A DNA stretch of 64,000 nucleotides from an uncultured Planctomycetia bacterium (GCA_963719005.1 CAVRAR010000014.1:1392901-1456900), one strand, 5' to 3'. Shown: positions 10,507-20,288, numbered from the stretch's first letter. Made by a program: numbers and translations. The notes: generated by a model not told the origin, from the letters alone.

Positions 10507-11703
10507 ATGTATCTCAGCCGATTCGGTGTGAAGAACTACAAGTGTCTCGGCGATATCGACATCCCGCTGACGCCGATTCACGTGCTGATTGGGCAGAATG
10601 ACTGCGGAAAGACGAGCTTGCTGGAAGCGATGGCGGCGTTCTACTCAACTGGGGAGAAGCCCGTGTCAGAGGTCTTTCCTGAGCCGTGGGCGGGGCCGGA
10701 ACTTGTCCGTCACGGAGCGCGAGAACGGCGTGTTGAACTGTGGGGCGAATGGGCAAACCTCGCGGCAGGCGATCTCTCTTCGGCGTTTCCGACGTTTCGC
10801 TACGGTCTGTCCGTGGATTTTCCGCCTCCTGACCATCGTTCTCTCCACACAAGGAATGGATGGACCGAGACGAATGGTGAAAGACACCCGTTTCCCCCGG
10901 GGCAAGCCCTACGCGATTCTCTCGGCGAGGATCGCGTGAGAAACGAAGCGAGTGCACTTTCGATGGTCCTGATACCGGCGCACCAATACGCACTTGACGC
11001 GAGTCAAATGGCGCTGCCGGCGGGTTTTGATTCCTTGCGCAGATTTCGCCTTGCTCCGGACGGATTTGGTTTGGCGACACTCCTTGACGACATTCTCAGT
11101 TTCGACCCAAACCGATTTCTTCAAATTCAAGGAGAGTTTTGCGGTTTCTTTCCGCAATTCCGAAAAGTTCAACTAGAAACGGAGTACGGCATTGATCGCA
11201 CGGTAACAGCAGACGGGCTACCTCAATCGTCGAGGGTAACGGGCAAAGGCATTTACTTGGAGATGAACTCCGGCCAGAGGGTTCGCGCTCGCCACGCCTC
11301 TGACGGAGCGATTCTATTCCTCGGGCTCCTTGCTCTGGCGCATTCACCCCAACAGCCAGGCTCACTCTTATTGGAGGAGCCTGAGAACGGCGTATACCCG
11401 ATGCGGCTGGGGCAGATTATCAAGCTACTGAAACAGATGGTGACTCGTACCGAGGGCGTGCAGTTCCCGCAGATTGTAATAACGACGCACTCGCCCTACG
11501 TGCTGAGTTTCTTTGAGCCAGAGGAGGTAACGCTACTTAGTCGCATGTCGGGAGAGCCGGATGCTCCCGTCCGCGCCCGGCCGCTCCGCGACGCTCCGAA
11601 CATCCGCGAACGATTAGGCAACGATTTCTATTTGGGCGAACTTTGGTATAACCTGAGTGAAGGAGAACTGTTCGGTGACGAGCCGCGCCAAAGTTGTGAT
11701 TGA
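10507..11703 (+). CDS. ABC-type (AAA_21/AAA_15-like) ATPase, defense-associated family
   Basis: Walker A GQNDCGKTSLLEAM, Walker B/D-loop LLLEEPENGVYP, H-loop ITTHSPYVL. Start is 12 nt after the sigma-54 activator stop. About 55% GC. Confidence 0.75.
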   Translation: MYLSRFGVKNYKCLGDIDIPLTPIHVLIGQNDCGKTSLLEAMAAFYSTGEKPVSEVFPEPWAGPELVRHGARERRVELWGEWANLAAGDLSSAFPTFRYGLSVDFPPPDHRSLHTRNGWTETNGERHPFPPGQALRDSLGEDRVRNEASALSMVLIPAHQYALDASQMALPAGFDSLRRFRLAPDGFGLATLLDDILSFDPNRFLQIQGEFCGFFPQFRKVQLETEYGIDRTVTADGLPQSSRVTGKGIYLEMNSGQRVRARHASDGAILFLGLLALAHSPQQPGSLLLEEPENGVYPMRLGQIIKLLKQMVTRTEGVQFPQIVITTHSPYVLSFFEPEEVTLLSRMSGEPDAPVRARPLRDAPNIRERLGNDFYLGELWYNLSEGELFGDEPRQSCD

Positions 11704-12361
11704 AGTGATCGGCGAGGGTCGCACGGACGTGGGAATGGCTGGAACCTCCGACGAACCGAGCGCCCCGTTGCCGCCGAACAAAGGCGTAGTGCCGATTATC
11801 GTTCATGCACTTTGCGGAAAGCCGGATACAATGCTTGTTGTGCGACGGCAGTATGCGTCCCTCCATGGAAAAGGGAAGACACGGGCGCAGAAAGTCCACT
11901 TCGCCAAACGCCAGGCACTCTACAACAACTCTACGGGGGTCGTCTTCCTGCTCGACTCGGAAGGTGATCTTAAAGGAAGAACGAGAGAACTGATCGAGGG
12001 GCGCGACCGCCAGTATCAAGAATATCCTGCGGCAGTCGGTGTCGCTCATCCTTGCATCGAAGCGTGGCTCTTGGCCGATGCCGCCGCTGTCGCGGAAGGT
12101 TTGAATCTCGCAAAGACGCCGGCCGTCCCCGCGAAGCCGGAAGAGTTGCCGGCGCCCTGCCACGACGCGAAGAAGAATCCAAAGGCGATGTTGAGAGAGA
12201 TCGCAAAACGGGCAATCTCGGTCAGCGACAAAGACCGCATCGCCGCTATCGCGGATATATCAGTGCTTCGACAGCATTGTCCGCTTGGCTTTTCCCCGTT
12301 CGCCGATGAAGTCGAAAAGCACATTCGTCCTTTATTCCAAAAACCATGCTCTCCGGCGTAG
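11675..12361 (+). CDS. DUF4276/RloB-like (Toprim-fold) protein, putative nuclease partner of the ATPase
   Basis: N-terminal ..KVVIEVIGEGRTD.. (EGxTE/D Toprim-like glutamate) and a later ..VVFLLDSEGD.. (DxD-like). GTG start overlaps the ATPase 3' end. Family assignment is from motif memory, not a search. Confidence 0.45.
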   Translation: MTSRAKVVIEVIGEGRTDVGMAGTSDEPSAPLPPNKGVVPIIVHALCGKPDTMLVVRRQYASLHGKGKTRAQKVHFAKRQALYNNSTGVVFLLDSEGDLKGRTRELIEGRDRQYQEYPAAVGVAHPCIEAWLLADAAAVAEGLNLAKTPAVPAKPEELPAPCHDAKKNPKAMLREIAKRAISVSDKDRIAAIADISVLRQHCPLGFSPFADEVEKHIRPLFQKPCSPA

Positions 12362-13314
12362 GCACCGTCTGTTTCGCTTCCAGCTACGCGATCGCGTGGG
12401 CGCTGGAAATCTCGCGGCTGCTGTTCCGCAGCGGCGTGCGCGGGGCGATCATGCTCGCATTCGCCGCCGCGGGATTGATCGCTCATACGGCATTCCTCTA
12501 TTATCGGGCCGTCAAGGTGGTCCATGCGCAAGGCGCACCGCTGTCGAGCGAAAGGGATTGGTTCCTCGTGGCGGCTTGGGCGCTGGTCGTGGTCTATCTT
12601 TGCCTGGCAGTTCTGCGTCCGAAGATCCCTTTCGGACTGTTTCTGCTTCCGTTGGCTCTCGGGCTGATCGGCGCGGCGACTTTTTGGGCCCCGACCGAAC
12701 CGCTGGCACGCGAGCCGGCGTCGAAAATCTGGGGGGCGATCCACGGCGTCTCGATCGTGCTGGCAGTCGTCTCCGTGCTCGTCGGATTCATGGCCGGCCT
12801 GATGTACCTCGGCCAATCGCGACGGCTGAAACACAAACACCTCCCCGCCGGCCGCCTGCGGCTGCCCAGCCTGGAATGGCTGGAAAAGGCCAACAGCCAC
12901 GCGATCGTTGCCTCGATGGTGATGCTCGGCGTCGGCGTTTTATCGGGCATGATATTGAATCTGATCAATAGCGGCAACGAAGCCGCACGTCTGCGATGGA
13001 ACGATCCGGTCGTGTTGAGCACCTGGTTGATGTTTCTTTGGCTGCTGGCAGCGGTGGCGGCCATCGCGATCTACCGCCCCGCCCGAAAAGGCCGCAAAGT
13101 CGCCTACCTCACGGTCGCCAGCTTCGTCTTCCTCGTCATCATGCTCGCCGCCGGCCTGCTGATGGATAGCCGGCATTGGGGAAGAGGAGAAGGGAAGAAT
13201 GCTGAATGCGGAATGATGAATGATGAATATTCGCAGGCGTCGGCTTCACGTAATTCATCATTCATCACTCATCATTCATCATTCATCGTTCCCCCCGGAG
13301 GCCGGCCATGTTAG
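12346..13314 (+). CDS. cytochrome c assembly family membrane protein (HemX/CcsA-like), upstream of hemA
   Basis: About 8 predicted TM helices. ..LMYLGQSRRLKHKHL.. is typical of the Cytochrom_C_asm family. hemX-hemA synteny as in Bacillus. The real C-terminus probably lies before the palindrome at 13195-13288. Confidence 0.55.
   Translation: MLSGVGTVCFASSYAIAWALEISRLLFRSGVRGAIMLAFAAAGLIAHTAFLYYRAVKVVHAQGAPLSSERDWFLVAAWALVVVYLCLAVLRPKIPFGLFLLPLALGLIGAATFWAPTEPLAREPASKIWGAIHGVSIVLAVVSVLVGFMAGLMYLGQSRRLKHKHLPAGRLRLPSLEWLEKANSHAIVASMVMLGVGVLSGMILNLINSGNEAARLRWNDPVVLSTWLMFLWLLAAVAAIAIYRPARKGRKVAYLTVASFVFLVIMLAAGLLMDSRHWGRGEGKNAECGMMNDEYSQASASRNSSFITHHSSFIVPPGGRPC
13195..13288. repeat. AT-rich palindromic element (GAATGATGAATGATGAA ... 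TTCATCATTCATCATTC), family E
   Basis: Near-perfect inverted repeat arms around a roughly 30-nt centre. The same element recurs at 59078-59168. Confidence 0.7.
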
Positions 13315-14579
13315 CGCGCGTGGTCGGTTGCAGCCATCACGGCACGTCGATTGACCTGCGCGAACGGCTGGCGTTCTCGCATGAACAAGTGCGCGAGGCG
13401 CTCGATCATTGGCGGCGGGTGTTTCCCGGCGTCGAGGCGGTGCTGCTTTCGACCTGCAATCGCGTGGAGATTTACGCCGCCACCGAGCATGAAACGGAGC
13501 CGGGGCTCGATCAGATCGCCGGATTCCTCGCCCGCTTTCACGGCCTCGATCCCGGCGAAATCGCCGAGCATCTTTACCAATACAGCGACGAGGCGGCGGT
13601 GCAGCACCTGTTCACCGTGGCGTCGAGCCTCGACAGCATGGTGCTCGGCGAGACGCAGATCCTCGCCCAGGTGAAAGAGGCGTATCAGACGGCCACCGAG
13701 CAGGACAACACCGGGCCGCTGCTGCACGCCACTTTCCAGGCGGCGCTCCGCGTGGCACGGCGAGTGGCCAAGGAGACGGCGATCCACCAGCGCCGCGTCA
13801 GCATTCCCAGCGTGGCGGTCGCCGATTTCGCCCGGCAGGTCTTCGAGCGCTTCGACGACAAGCACGCCCTGGTCGTCGGGGCGGGCGAGATGGCCGAGGA
13901 ATGCCTGCGCTACCTCCGCGATGAAGGCATCCAACGGGTGACGGTCGTCAATCGGCATTTTCAACGGGCGGCCGAGTTGGCCCAGCGATGGAAGGGCGAG
14001 GCGGCGCCGTGGGAGAATCTCGCCGCGTCGCTGGCCGCCGCCGATCTCGTGGTCAGCACGACCGGCGCGACGGAACCGGTGGTCACCGCCGAGCGCTTCG
14101 CCGCGGTCGAAGCATCGCGGTTTCAGCGGCCGCTGCTGATTCTCGACCTCGCCGTGCCCCGCGACTTCGAGCCCTCGATCGGCGATCGGCCCAACGTGTA
14201 TCTCTATTCGATCGACGATCTGCAAGCGGTTTGCAATCGGAATCGCGCGGCGCGCGATCGGGAATTGCCCGCGGCGATGCACATCGTCGAACAGGAGACG
14301 ATCCGCTTCATCGCCGAGATGCGCCGGCACGCCGTCGGTCCGGTGATCGAGCGGCTCAGACAGGGCTGGCAGAAGCCGAAGGAGGAGGAGTTGCAGCGGC
14401 TGCTGCACAAGCTGCCGGAGTTGGACGATCGCGCCCGCGACGAAATCCGCCGCTCGTTCGAGCGGCTGGTGAACAAGCTGTTGCACCCGCCGCTGGAGTC
14501 GCTCCGCGACGAGTCGCGGCACGGCGTGCCGCGGGCGCTGTTGGACGCGCTGGCGCGGCTGTTCCAGTTGAAGGATTGA
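13308..14579 (+). CDS. hemA: glutamyl-tRNA reductase
   Basis: ..LSTCNRVEIYA.. catalytic-Cys motif and an NADPH-binding ..ALVVGAGEMAE... 423 aa. Confidence 0.9.
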   Translation: MLARVVGCSHHGTSIDLRERLAFSHEQVREALDHWRRVFPGVEAVLLSTCNRVEIYAATEHETEPGLDQIAGFLARFHGLDPGEIAEHLYQYSDEAAVQHLFTVASSLDSMVLGETQILAQVKEAYQTATEQDNTGPLLHATFQAALRVARRVAKETAIHQRRVSIPSVAVADFARQVFERFDDKHALVVGAGEMAEECLRYLRDEGIQRVTVVNRHFQRAAELAQRWKGEAAPWENLAASLAAADLVVSTTGATEPVVTAERFAAVEASRFQRPLLILDLAVPRDFEPSIGDRPNVYLYSIDDLQAVCNRNRAARDRELPAAMHIVEQETIRFIAEMRRHAVGPVIERLRQGWQKPKEEELQRLLHKLPELDDRARDEIRRSFERLVNKLLHPPLESLRDESRHGVPRALLDALARLFQLKD

Positions 14580-14615
14580 CCGATTCCGGCCAGAGAATGA
14601 TGGAGTTTTGTGAGA

Positions 14616-14644
14616 TTGTCGATTTGCAGATTATGAGGTAGAAT
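14616..14644 (+). promoter_or_regulatory. candidate sigma-70-type promoter (TTGTCG, 17-nt spacer, TAGAAT) for the ATPase/PIN module
   Basis: Seen directly in AT-richer intergenic DNA about 35 nt upstream of the 14679 start. Confidence 0.25.
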
Positions 14645-14678
14645 TGGGTGTTAACGCCCGAGTGGCAGGTGAACAAAC

Positions 14679-15992
14679 ATGCCGATAAACACGATACAAT
14701 TGCGGGACTTCAAGTGCTTCGCAGACAGCGGAGATATACCGTTTGCGCCATTGACGATCATCTTCGGTCGCAACAATACCGGCAAGTCCTCGATTCTGCA
14801 AAGCATCCTGTTGCTCCGGCAGACGTTGGATTCTCCAGAGTATGGTCCTAGGCTTGATCTTCGGGGGCCGCTCTATCAGGCAGGAAGTTACGCTGATATC
14901 GTGCATCAGCACAAAGCCAGCCAAAACGTCGTAATGGAGTTTCATGTTACTCCGAACAACGGCGCACCTGCAAAGATCGAACTGGAGTTCAGTTCGGATG
15001 AGCCCCAGCCAGCCAGATTGGTGCGTCTGAAGGTACATGGTCGAGCCGCCGATCCGCTGGAGATTAAGCGTGGTCGTGGGCGTGGCGGCCCATATGAATT
15101 GTTTATTGGCGAAGAGTCTCAGGGTTCCGAAACGGATGCACTCTTTCGATTTCCTCAAAGCGGTTTCTTTCCTCTTATAGGCCCTGAACCAGCCCGGCGA
15201 GGTCGCCCAAACAAGAAGCACGAAGAGATTCGCGACTTTACTCGGGAAAGCCTACAGAGCTTTGAGATCATTCTAAGGTCAATACGAGCGGTTGGGGCTT
15301 TTCGGCAGCAGCCAATTCGCCGTTACGAATACCAGGGACGCGCTTCGGAAACGATAGACGCCGCCGGTCGATCTGTTGTCGACGCGTTGATTGAAGATTC
15401 CTTGCGGCGGGGACAGAAGCGTGGCGAGTTGTTCAAGTCTGTCAATCGGTGGCTCAAGGCCGTCGGGCGCGTTCGAATTCTTCCATTCAGACGAATTTCC
15501 AAAACGGCGCGTATTTTCGAGGTCCGCCTGAGGGACACAGACTCGGGAAGATGGGCTAATTTTGCCGACGTGGGCTTTGGAATAGGCCAAGCGTTCCCCG
15601 TTTTCGTGGAAGGCTTGCGGACTCCTGAAGGTGGCACTTTCATTGTCCAGGAACCGGAGATTCACTTGCACCCAGATGCGCAACTCGGAATGGCGGACTT
15701 TCTTGTTAGCCTTGCAAAGAGCGGTCGGCACGTCATCGCCGAAACACACAGCGAGAACCTGCTTCTTCGGATCAGACGATTAATGACCGGTAAGACACCG
15801 ATGTTTAACCGTAAGGATGTGAGTATCCTTTATGTGGCAAAGCGTCTCGACGGAACCAGCCACGTCACTCCGTTGGAAATCGACGAGATGGCACAGATCA
15901 GGAATTGGCCAAAAGGGTTCATGGAGGAAGCTACCGATGAGCGAATGGCAATTCTTAGAAGGATGGCTGGTGACTCCCCAAAGGGACGCTAA
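14679..15992 (+). CDS. ABC-type (AAA_21-like) ATPase, second copy of the defense-associated family
   Basis: Walker A FGRNNTGKSSILQSI, Walker B FIVQEPEIHLHPD, H-loop AETHSENLL. About 52% GC. Confidence 0.75.
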   Translation: MPINTIQLRDFKCFADSGDIPFAPLTIIFGRNNTGKSSILQSILLLRQTLDSPEYGPRLDLRGPLYQAGSYADIVHQHKASQNVVMEFHVTPNNGAPAKIELEFSSDEPQPARLVRLKVHGRAADPLEIKRGRGRGGPYELFIGEESQGSETDALFRFPQSGFFPLIGPEPARRGRPNKKHEEIRDFTRESLQSFEIILRSIRAVGAFRQQPIRRYEYQGRASETIDAAGRSVVDALIEDSLRRGQKRGELFKSVNRWLKAVGRVRILPFRRISKTARIFEVRLRDTDSGRWANFADVGFGIGQAFPVFVEGLRTPEGGTFIVQEPEIHLHPDAQLGMADFLVSLAKSGRHVIAETHSENLLLRIRRLMTGKTPMFNRKDVSILYVAKRLDGTSHVTPLEIDEMAQIRNWPKGFMEEATDERMAILRRMAGDSPKGR

Positions 15993-15994
15993 GT

Positions 15995-16435
15995 ATGCCG
16001 AGTGAAGTCGTTATCGATACGACCGTACTGCAAAAGGCAAATGCGCCTATTCTCAATCCGCCGGGGAAGCGGTCACGATTTGCACGGCGGCTTAGACTTC
16101 TGAACAGTATACGAACTGGGGACATTGCCGTTCTCTTCAGCAAACGATTGCTTACCGAATACCAAAAACAGGTCAAGAGCCCTAGAAACGACTTCGTCAA
16201 GCTGTTCTTTGAGCTTCTCACCGATCCAGGGCGGGCGATCTACAACTGGCCAAAGTGGTCGGGGCAAGAGTCTGAGAAGGCGCGACACTGCCGATTTCCA
16301 CGGGAGGACTATCATGTCCTTCGCACGGCCATCCGCCCCAATGCGACAACCATCGTGACTGAGGAGGATCGCATGCTTCGGAGAGACGACTGCATCTACC
16401 GCGAATTTCGAGTCCATGTTTGTGACATTCCTTGA
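15995..16435 (+). CDS. PIN-like domain protein, putative nuclease partner of the ATPase
   Basis: Starts 3 nt after the ATPase stop. N-terminal VVIDTTVL with a conserved Asp, then ..REDYHVLRTAI.. and ..TTIVTEEDRML.. carry the further acidic residues spaced as in PIN domains. Confidence 0.4.
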   Translation: MPSEVVIDTTVLQKANAPILNPPGKRSRFARRLRLLNSIRTGDIAVLFSKRLLTEYQKQVKSPRNDFVKLFFELLTDPGRAIYNWPKWSGQESEKARHCRFPREDYHVLRTAIRPNATTIVTEEDRMLRRDDCIYREFRVHVCDIP

Positions 16436-16462
16436 CGCCAAGGTCCATGGCGTTGGCACGCA

Positions 16463-19113
16463 ATGAGTTGCGCAGGAGGCGCGTCTCCGATGCTCGACCC
16501 ACAACTCAGCACCGGATTGCCGGGATTGGACCGCGTCTTGCGCGGCGTTCTGCCGGGCGACAATTTCGTCTGGCAGGTGGAATCGCTGGCCGATTTCATG
16601 CCTTTTGCCAAGGCGTTCTGCGAGGCGGCGCTGGCCGAGGGCAAGAAGCTGGTCTATTTCCGCTTCGCCGACCACGAGCCGCTCGTGCCGGAATCGCTCG
16701 AGGCCGACGTCCACGTGCTGCGCGGCAACGAGGAGTTCGAGCCGTTCGTGACCGAGGTTCATCGGGTCGTTCAAGCGGCGGGAGCGGGAACGCATTTCGT
16801 CTTCGATTGCCTTTCGAACCTCGTCGACGTGTGGTTCAGCGACCGGATGCTCGGCAATTTCTTCATGCTGACTTGCCCGGCCATCTCCGAGTGCCAATCG
16901 CTGGCCTACTTCCCGCTGATCCGCCATCGGCACAGTTTTCACGCCTCGGGCCCGATCACCGAAACGACGCAGATCCTGATCGACGTGTTTCGCCATCGGG
17001 GGCGATTCTACATCCATCCGACGAAGGTCGAGCACCGTTTCTCGTCGACGATGAACATGCTGCACCGCTGGGACGGCGACCGCTTCCTGCCGGTGATGGA
17101 AAGCTCGACGACCGCCGAGGTGCTCACCTCGCGGCCCTGGGCAGGGCTGGAATCCGTTCGCCTCCGCCCCGGCGAGTGGACGCGCACGTTCTTCCACGCC
17201 GAGGAGGTTTCCGACAAGGTCCGCCGCGGAAAGCTGCCGGCCGAAGCGGCGCGGCAACTGCTGCCCGAGTTGCTGCGGATGGTGATTTCGCGCGACCAGC
17301 GCGTCATGCCGCTTGGTCGAACGCTATTTCACGCTCCCCGACGTGGTGGAAATCTGGAAACGCATGATCGGCTCCGGGCTGATCGGCGGAAAGTCGGTCG
17401 GCATGTTGTTGGCCCGGGCTATCCTGAGAAACTCCGACCGACGCTGGAACGATCTGCTCGAAGCCCACGATTCGTTCTTCATCGGCTCGAACGTGTTTTG
17501 CTCGTTCATGGTCGAAAACGGCTGCTGGTGGCTGCGGCAGAAGCAGCGCGACCCCGCCACGTTTCTCGACGGCATCGAGGAGACCCGGCGGCTCGTGCTG
17601 GCGGGCCAATTTCCCCAGTATCTCGTCGACGAGTTCGCCGAAATGCTCGATTATTTCGGGCAATCGCCGATCATCGTCCGTTCCAGCAGCCTGCTGGAAG
17701 ACGCCTACGGCAACGCCTTCTCCGGCAAGTACGAGAGCGTGTTCTGCGCCAACCAGGGGCCGCACTCGAAGCGATTGCAGGAATTCCTCTCGGCCGTCAA
17801 GACGATCTACGCCAGCACGATGAGCGAAAAGGCCCTGCGATACCGCGCCCAGCGCGGGCTGTTGGATCGCGACGAGCAGATGTCGCTGCTGGTGCAGCGG
17901 GTCTCCGGCGCCTGCTACGACACCCTGTTCTTCCCGCAAATCGCCGGCGTCGGTCTCTCGCGCAACCCTTACGTCTGGAACGAGTGCATCGATCCCGAGC
18001 GCCGGCGTAGTGCGGCTGGTGTTCGGCTTGGGCACGCGGGCGGTCGATCGCTCGGACGACGACTACACGCGGATCGTCGCCCTGAACGCGCCCGATCGCC
18101 GCCCGGAGGGCGATCTGGATTGCGTGCGGCAGTTCAGCCAGCGCAAGGTCGATCTGATCGATCTGGAGGCGAATCATCTGGTGTCGCGCGATTTCGTCGA
18201 CGTGGCCGCCGCCGGCCCTCATCTGCCGCTGCATATTTTCGCTTCCGCCGACGACGCCGATACCTCCGGCGGTGAAGAGGGGAGCGAGACGCCGAGCAAT
18301 CCGAACCTGGTTCTCACTTTCGACGAGCTGCTCTCGAAGACCCCCTTCATCGGCGACATGCGCGAGATGCTGCGCGTGCTTCAGACGGCTTACGACTATC
18401 CGGTCGATATCGAGTTCACCGCGAATTTCCCCGCGTCGGATCGCTACAAGATCAATCTCGTGCAGTGCCGGCCGCTGCAAGTGGCCGCCGACGGCGGAAC
18501 CGTCGAATTGCCCGAGTCGCTCGATCGCAACGATTGCATTCTCGAAGCCCACGGCGCGGTGATCGGCAAGAGCCGCGTCAACCTGATCGACCGGCTGGTG
18601 TACGTGGCGCCGTCGGTTTACGGGCAGCTTCCGATCCGCGACCGTTACAGCGTGGCTCGGCTGATCGGCCGGCTGTTGCACCTCGACGAGCCGAAGCCGC
18701 CGGAGCAGATCATGCTGATCGGGCCGGGCCGCTGGGGCACCACCACGCCTTCGCTGGGCGTGCCCGTCTCCTTCGCCGAAATCGACACCGCCACCGTGCT
18801 CTGCGAGATCGTCGCCATGCGCGAAGACCTCGTGCCCGACGTCTCGTTGGGAACGCATTTCTTCAACGACCTGGTCGAGATGGACATTCTCTATCTGGCG
18901 CTGTTTCCGGGCCGCAAGGGCAACTCCTGGAACTATGCGTTCTTCGAGCAGACGCCGAACCGCCTGGCGGAACTGCTGCCCAACGACGGGCGATGGTCGG
19001 AAGTGGTCCGGGTGATCGACATGCCCCGCGACGGCGCCACGCTGAAACTCAACGCCAACGCCTTGACGCAGCAGGTGCTCTGCTATCTGGACAAGTCGGG
19101 CCACGTCGTCTAA
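16463..19113 (+). CDS. large protein fusing a degenerate KaiC/RecA-like domain (no Walker A) to a PEP-synthase/pyruvate-phosphate-dikinase N-terminal ATP-grasp domain (PPDK_N) and an unknown C-terminal domain; two frameshifts
   Basis: N-terminus ..LSTGLPGLDRVLRGVLPGDNFVWQVES.. is KaiC-like but lacks GxxxxGKT. PPDK_N motifs ..GGKSVGMLLA.., ..IIVRSSSLLEDAYGNAFSGKYESV.. and ..VDIEFTANF..INLVQCRPLQV... Frame changes near 17300 and 18000. Confidence 0.55.
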
Positions 19114-19237
19114 GCGTTTCTCACTTCTGCATGGCGTCTTGGGCGCCATGGCCACGCTTCTCGCGGGCATGTTTCTCGCAGGGGACGCCGCATGGCCACG
19201 CAATGCGGCCACGGCACCCCGCTAGACTTCTCTTGCA

Positions 19238-19328
19238 CGCGCTCGGAGGGAAAAAGGGGACAGGTCCAATTTGCCGGAACGGCCCGGAGGGTGCTTCGCA
19301 CAAATTGGACCTGTCCCCTTTTTCCCGC
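19238..19328. repeat. roughly 90-bp palindromic repeat, family B copy 1 (GGGAAAAAGGGGACAGGTCCAATTTGCC..GGCAAATTGGACCTGTCCCCTTTTTCCC)
   Basis: Near-identical copy at 20449-20541. Internally a long hairpin. Core GGGGACAGGTCC is related to family A. Confidence 0.85.
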
Positions 19329-19433
19329 TCCAGACGGCTGGTGATGGGCTGGCGGATCAAACGGGGATTACCAGGTAGACAGCGACCCCATCTTCCCAAT
19401 TCCTCAACACCCCAAGAATAAAGGAAACGTCCC

Positions 19434-20288
19434 ATGAGACACCTAATCGGCACCGCCGTAGGTATTGGTCTTTCGCTGGCCTGCGGTCTCTCGAATGCCG
19501 GCAGTCCGCATAGCGTTCCCCATGGCGGCGGCCATGTTTCGCATTCGGTCCACACGGGCCACCCTTCCACTGCTGTCCGTTCGGCCTATGCCCGGAGCCA
19601 TGCTCTTACCGGGCATTCCCATCATGGCTCCTATCTTGACCCCCATCATGGTATGCACTATTCCCACGGCCATCTAGTTGTCGTGGCTGCCGGTGTGGGG
19701 ACTGGCACCCGATCACTCCCCAACAGTTACGCCGACGCCCTGGAGGCATGGGACCAACACGATCTTGCCATGTCCCAGGCTGCCATCAACTGGCAAATCG
19801 CCAAGAGCATGGCGATTCAGAACCAACGGGAGGCGGCCAAAGCACGCGACGAAGCTCGTCGAATGAACGCAGCCCGATATCGAGCTCAGCAGGCCGAGCG
19901 CCTGCTGGCCAGACGCCGTCCAGCCGACGAGAACGGTCTTCCCGCAATCCCAGCCATGCTGCAACTGCCGCCCAACCAAATCGATCGCCAGACGGGCAAG
20001 ATTTGCTGGCCGAGGACGCTGCAAGGCAGGGCGTTTGACGCCGCTCGCCGCGGACTGGAGGGACTTGCCGCCGCGGGCCACCAGGCTTCCCGCGACCCCG
20101 TTAAGAATGGCAGCCGTGAAATCCGGGAGCGGATCGAGGAGATCAAGGATCAGTTGAGGGAGCAGATTAACGAAATGCCACCCATGGAGTACATTGCCGC
20201 ACAGAAGTTCCTCGACGGCTTGGTCGGCGCAGTTGCGATTCCAAGTCACAAAGTTCGACCAGGTGACGGACTCGCAGAGCAACCGTAA
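19434..20288 (+). CDS. secreted/lipoprotein-like histidine-rich protein
   Basis: Signal peptide MRHLIGTAVGIGLSLACG. N-terminal His-rich tract (HGGGHVSHSVHTGH..GHSHHGSY..HHGMHYSHGH). Coiled-coil-like C-terminus. Flanked by the two family-B repeats. Confidence 0.5.
   Translation: MRHLIGTAVGIGLSLACGLSNAGSPHSVPHGGGHVSHSVHTGHPSTAVRSAYARSHALTGHSHHGSYLDPHHGMHYSHGHLVVVAAGVGTGTRSLPNSYADALEAWDQHDLAMSQAAINWQIAKSMAIQNQREAAKARDEARRMNAARYRAQQAERLLARRRPADENGLPAIPAMLQLPPNQIDRQTGKICWPRTLQGRAFDAARRGLEGLAAAGHQASRDPVKNGSREIRERIEEIKDQLREQINEMPPMEYIAAQKFLDGLVGAVAIPSHKVRPGDGLAEQP

Noticed and set aside
14655-14680. Sigma-54 promoter (TGGCAG..TGC) upstream of the second ATPase module
   Set aside because: The GG to GC spacing is about 5 nt too long and the -12 element is poor. 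The candidate sigma-70 signal at 14616-14644 fits better.
18465-19421. 318-aa plus-strand ORF spanning the PPDK-like gene 3' end and the family-B repeat
   Set aside because: It is out of frame with the well-conserved PPDK_N sequence and runs through the palindromic repeat. The composition is Arg/Pro/Ala-rich and not protein-like.
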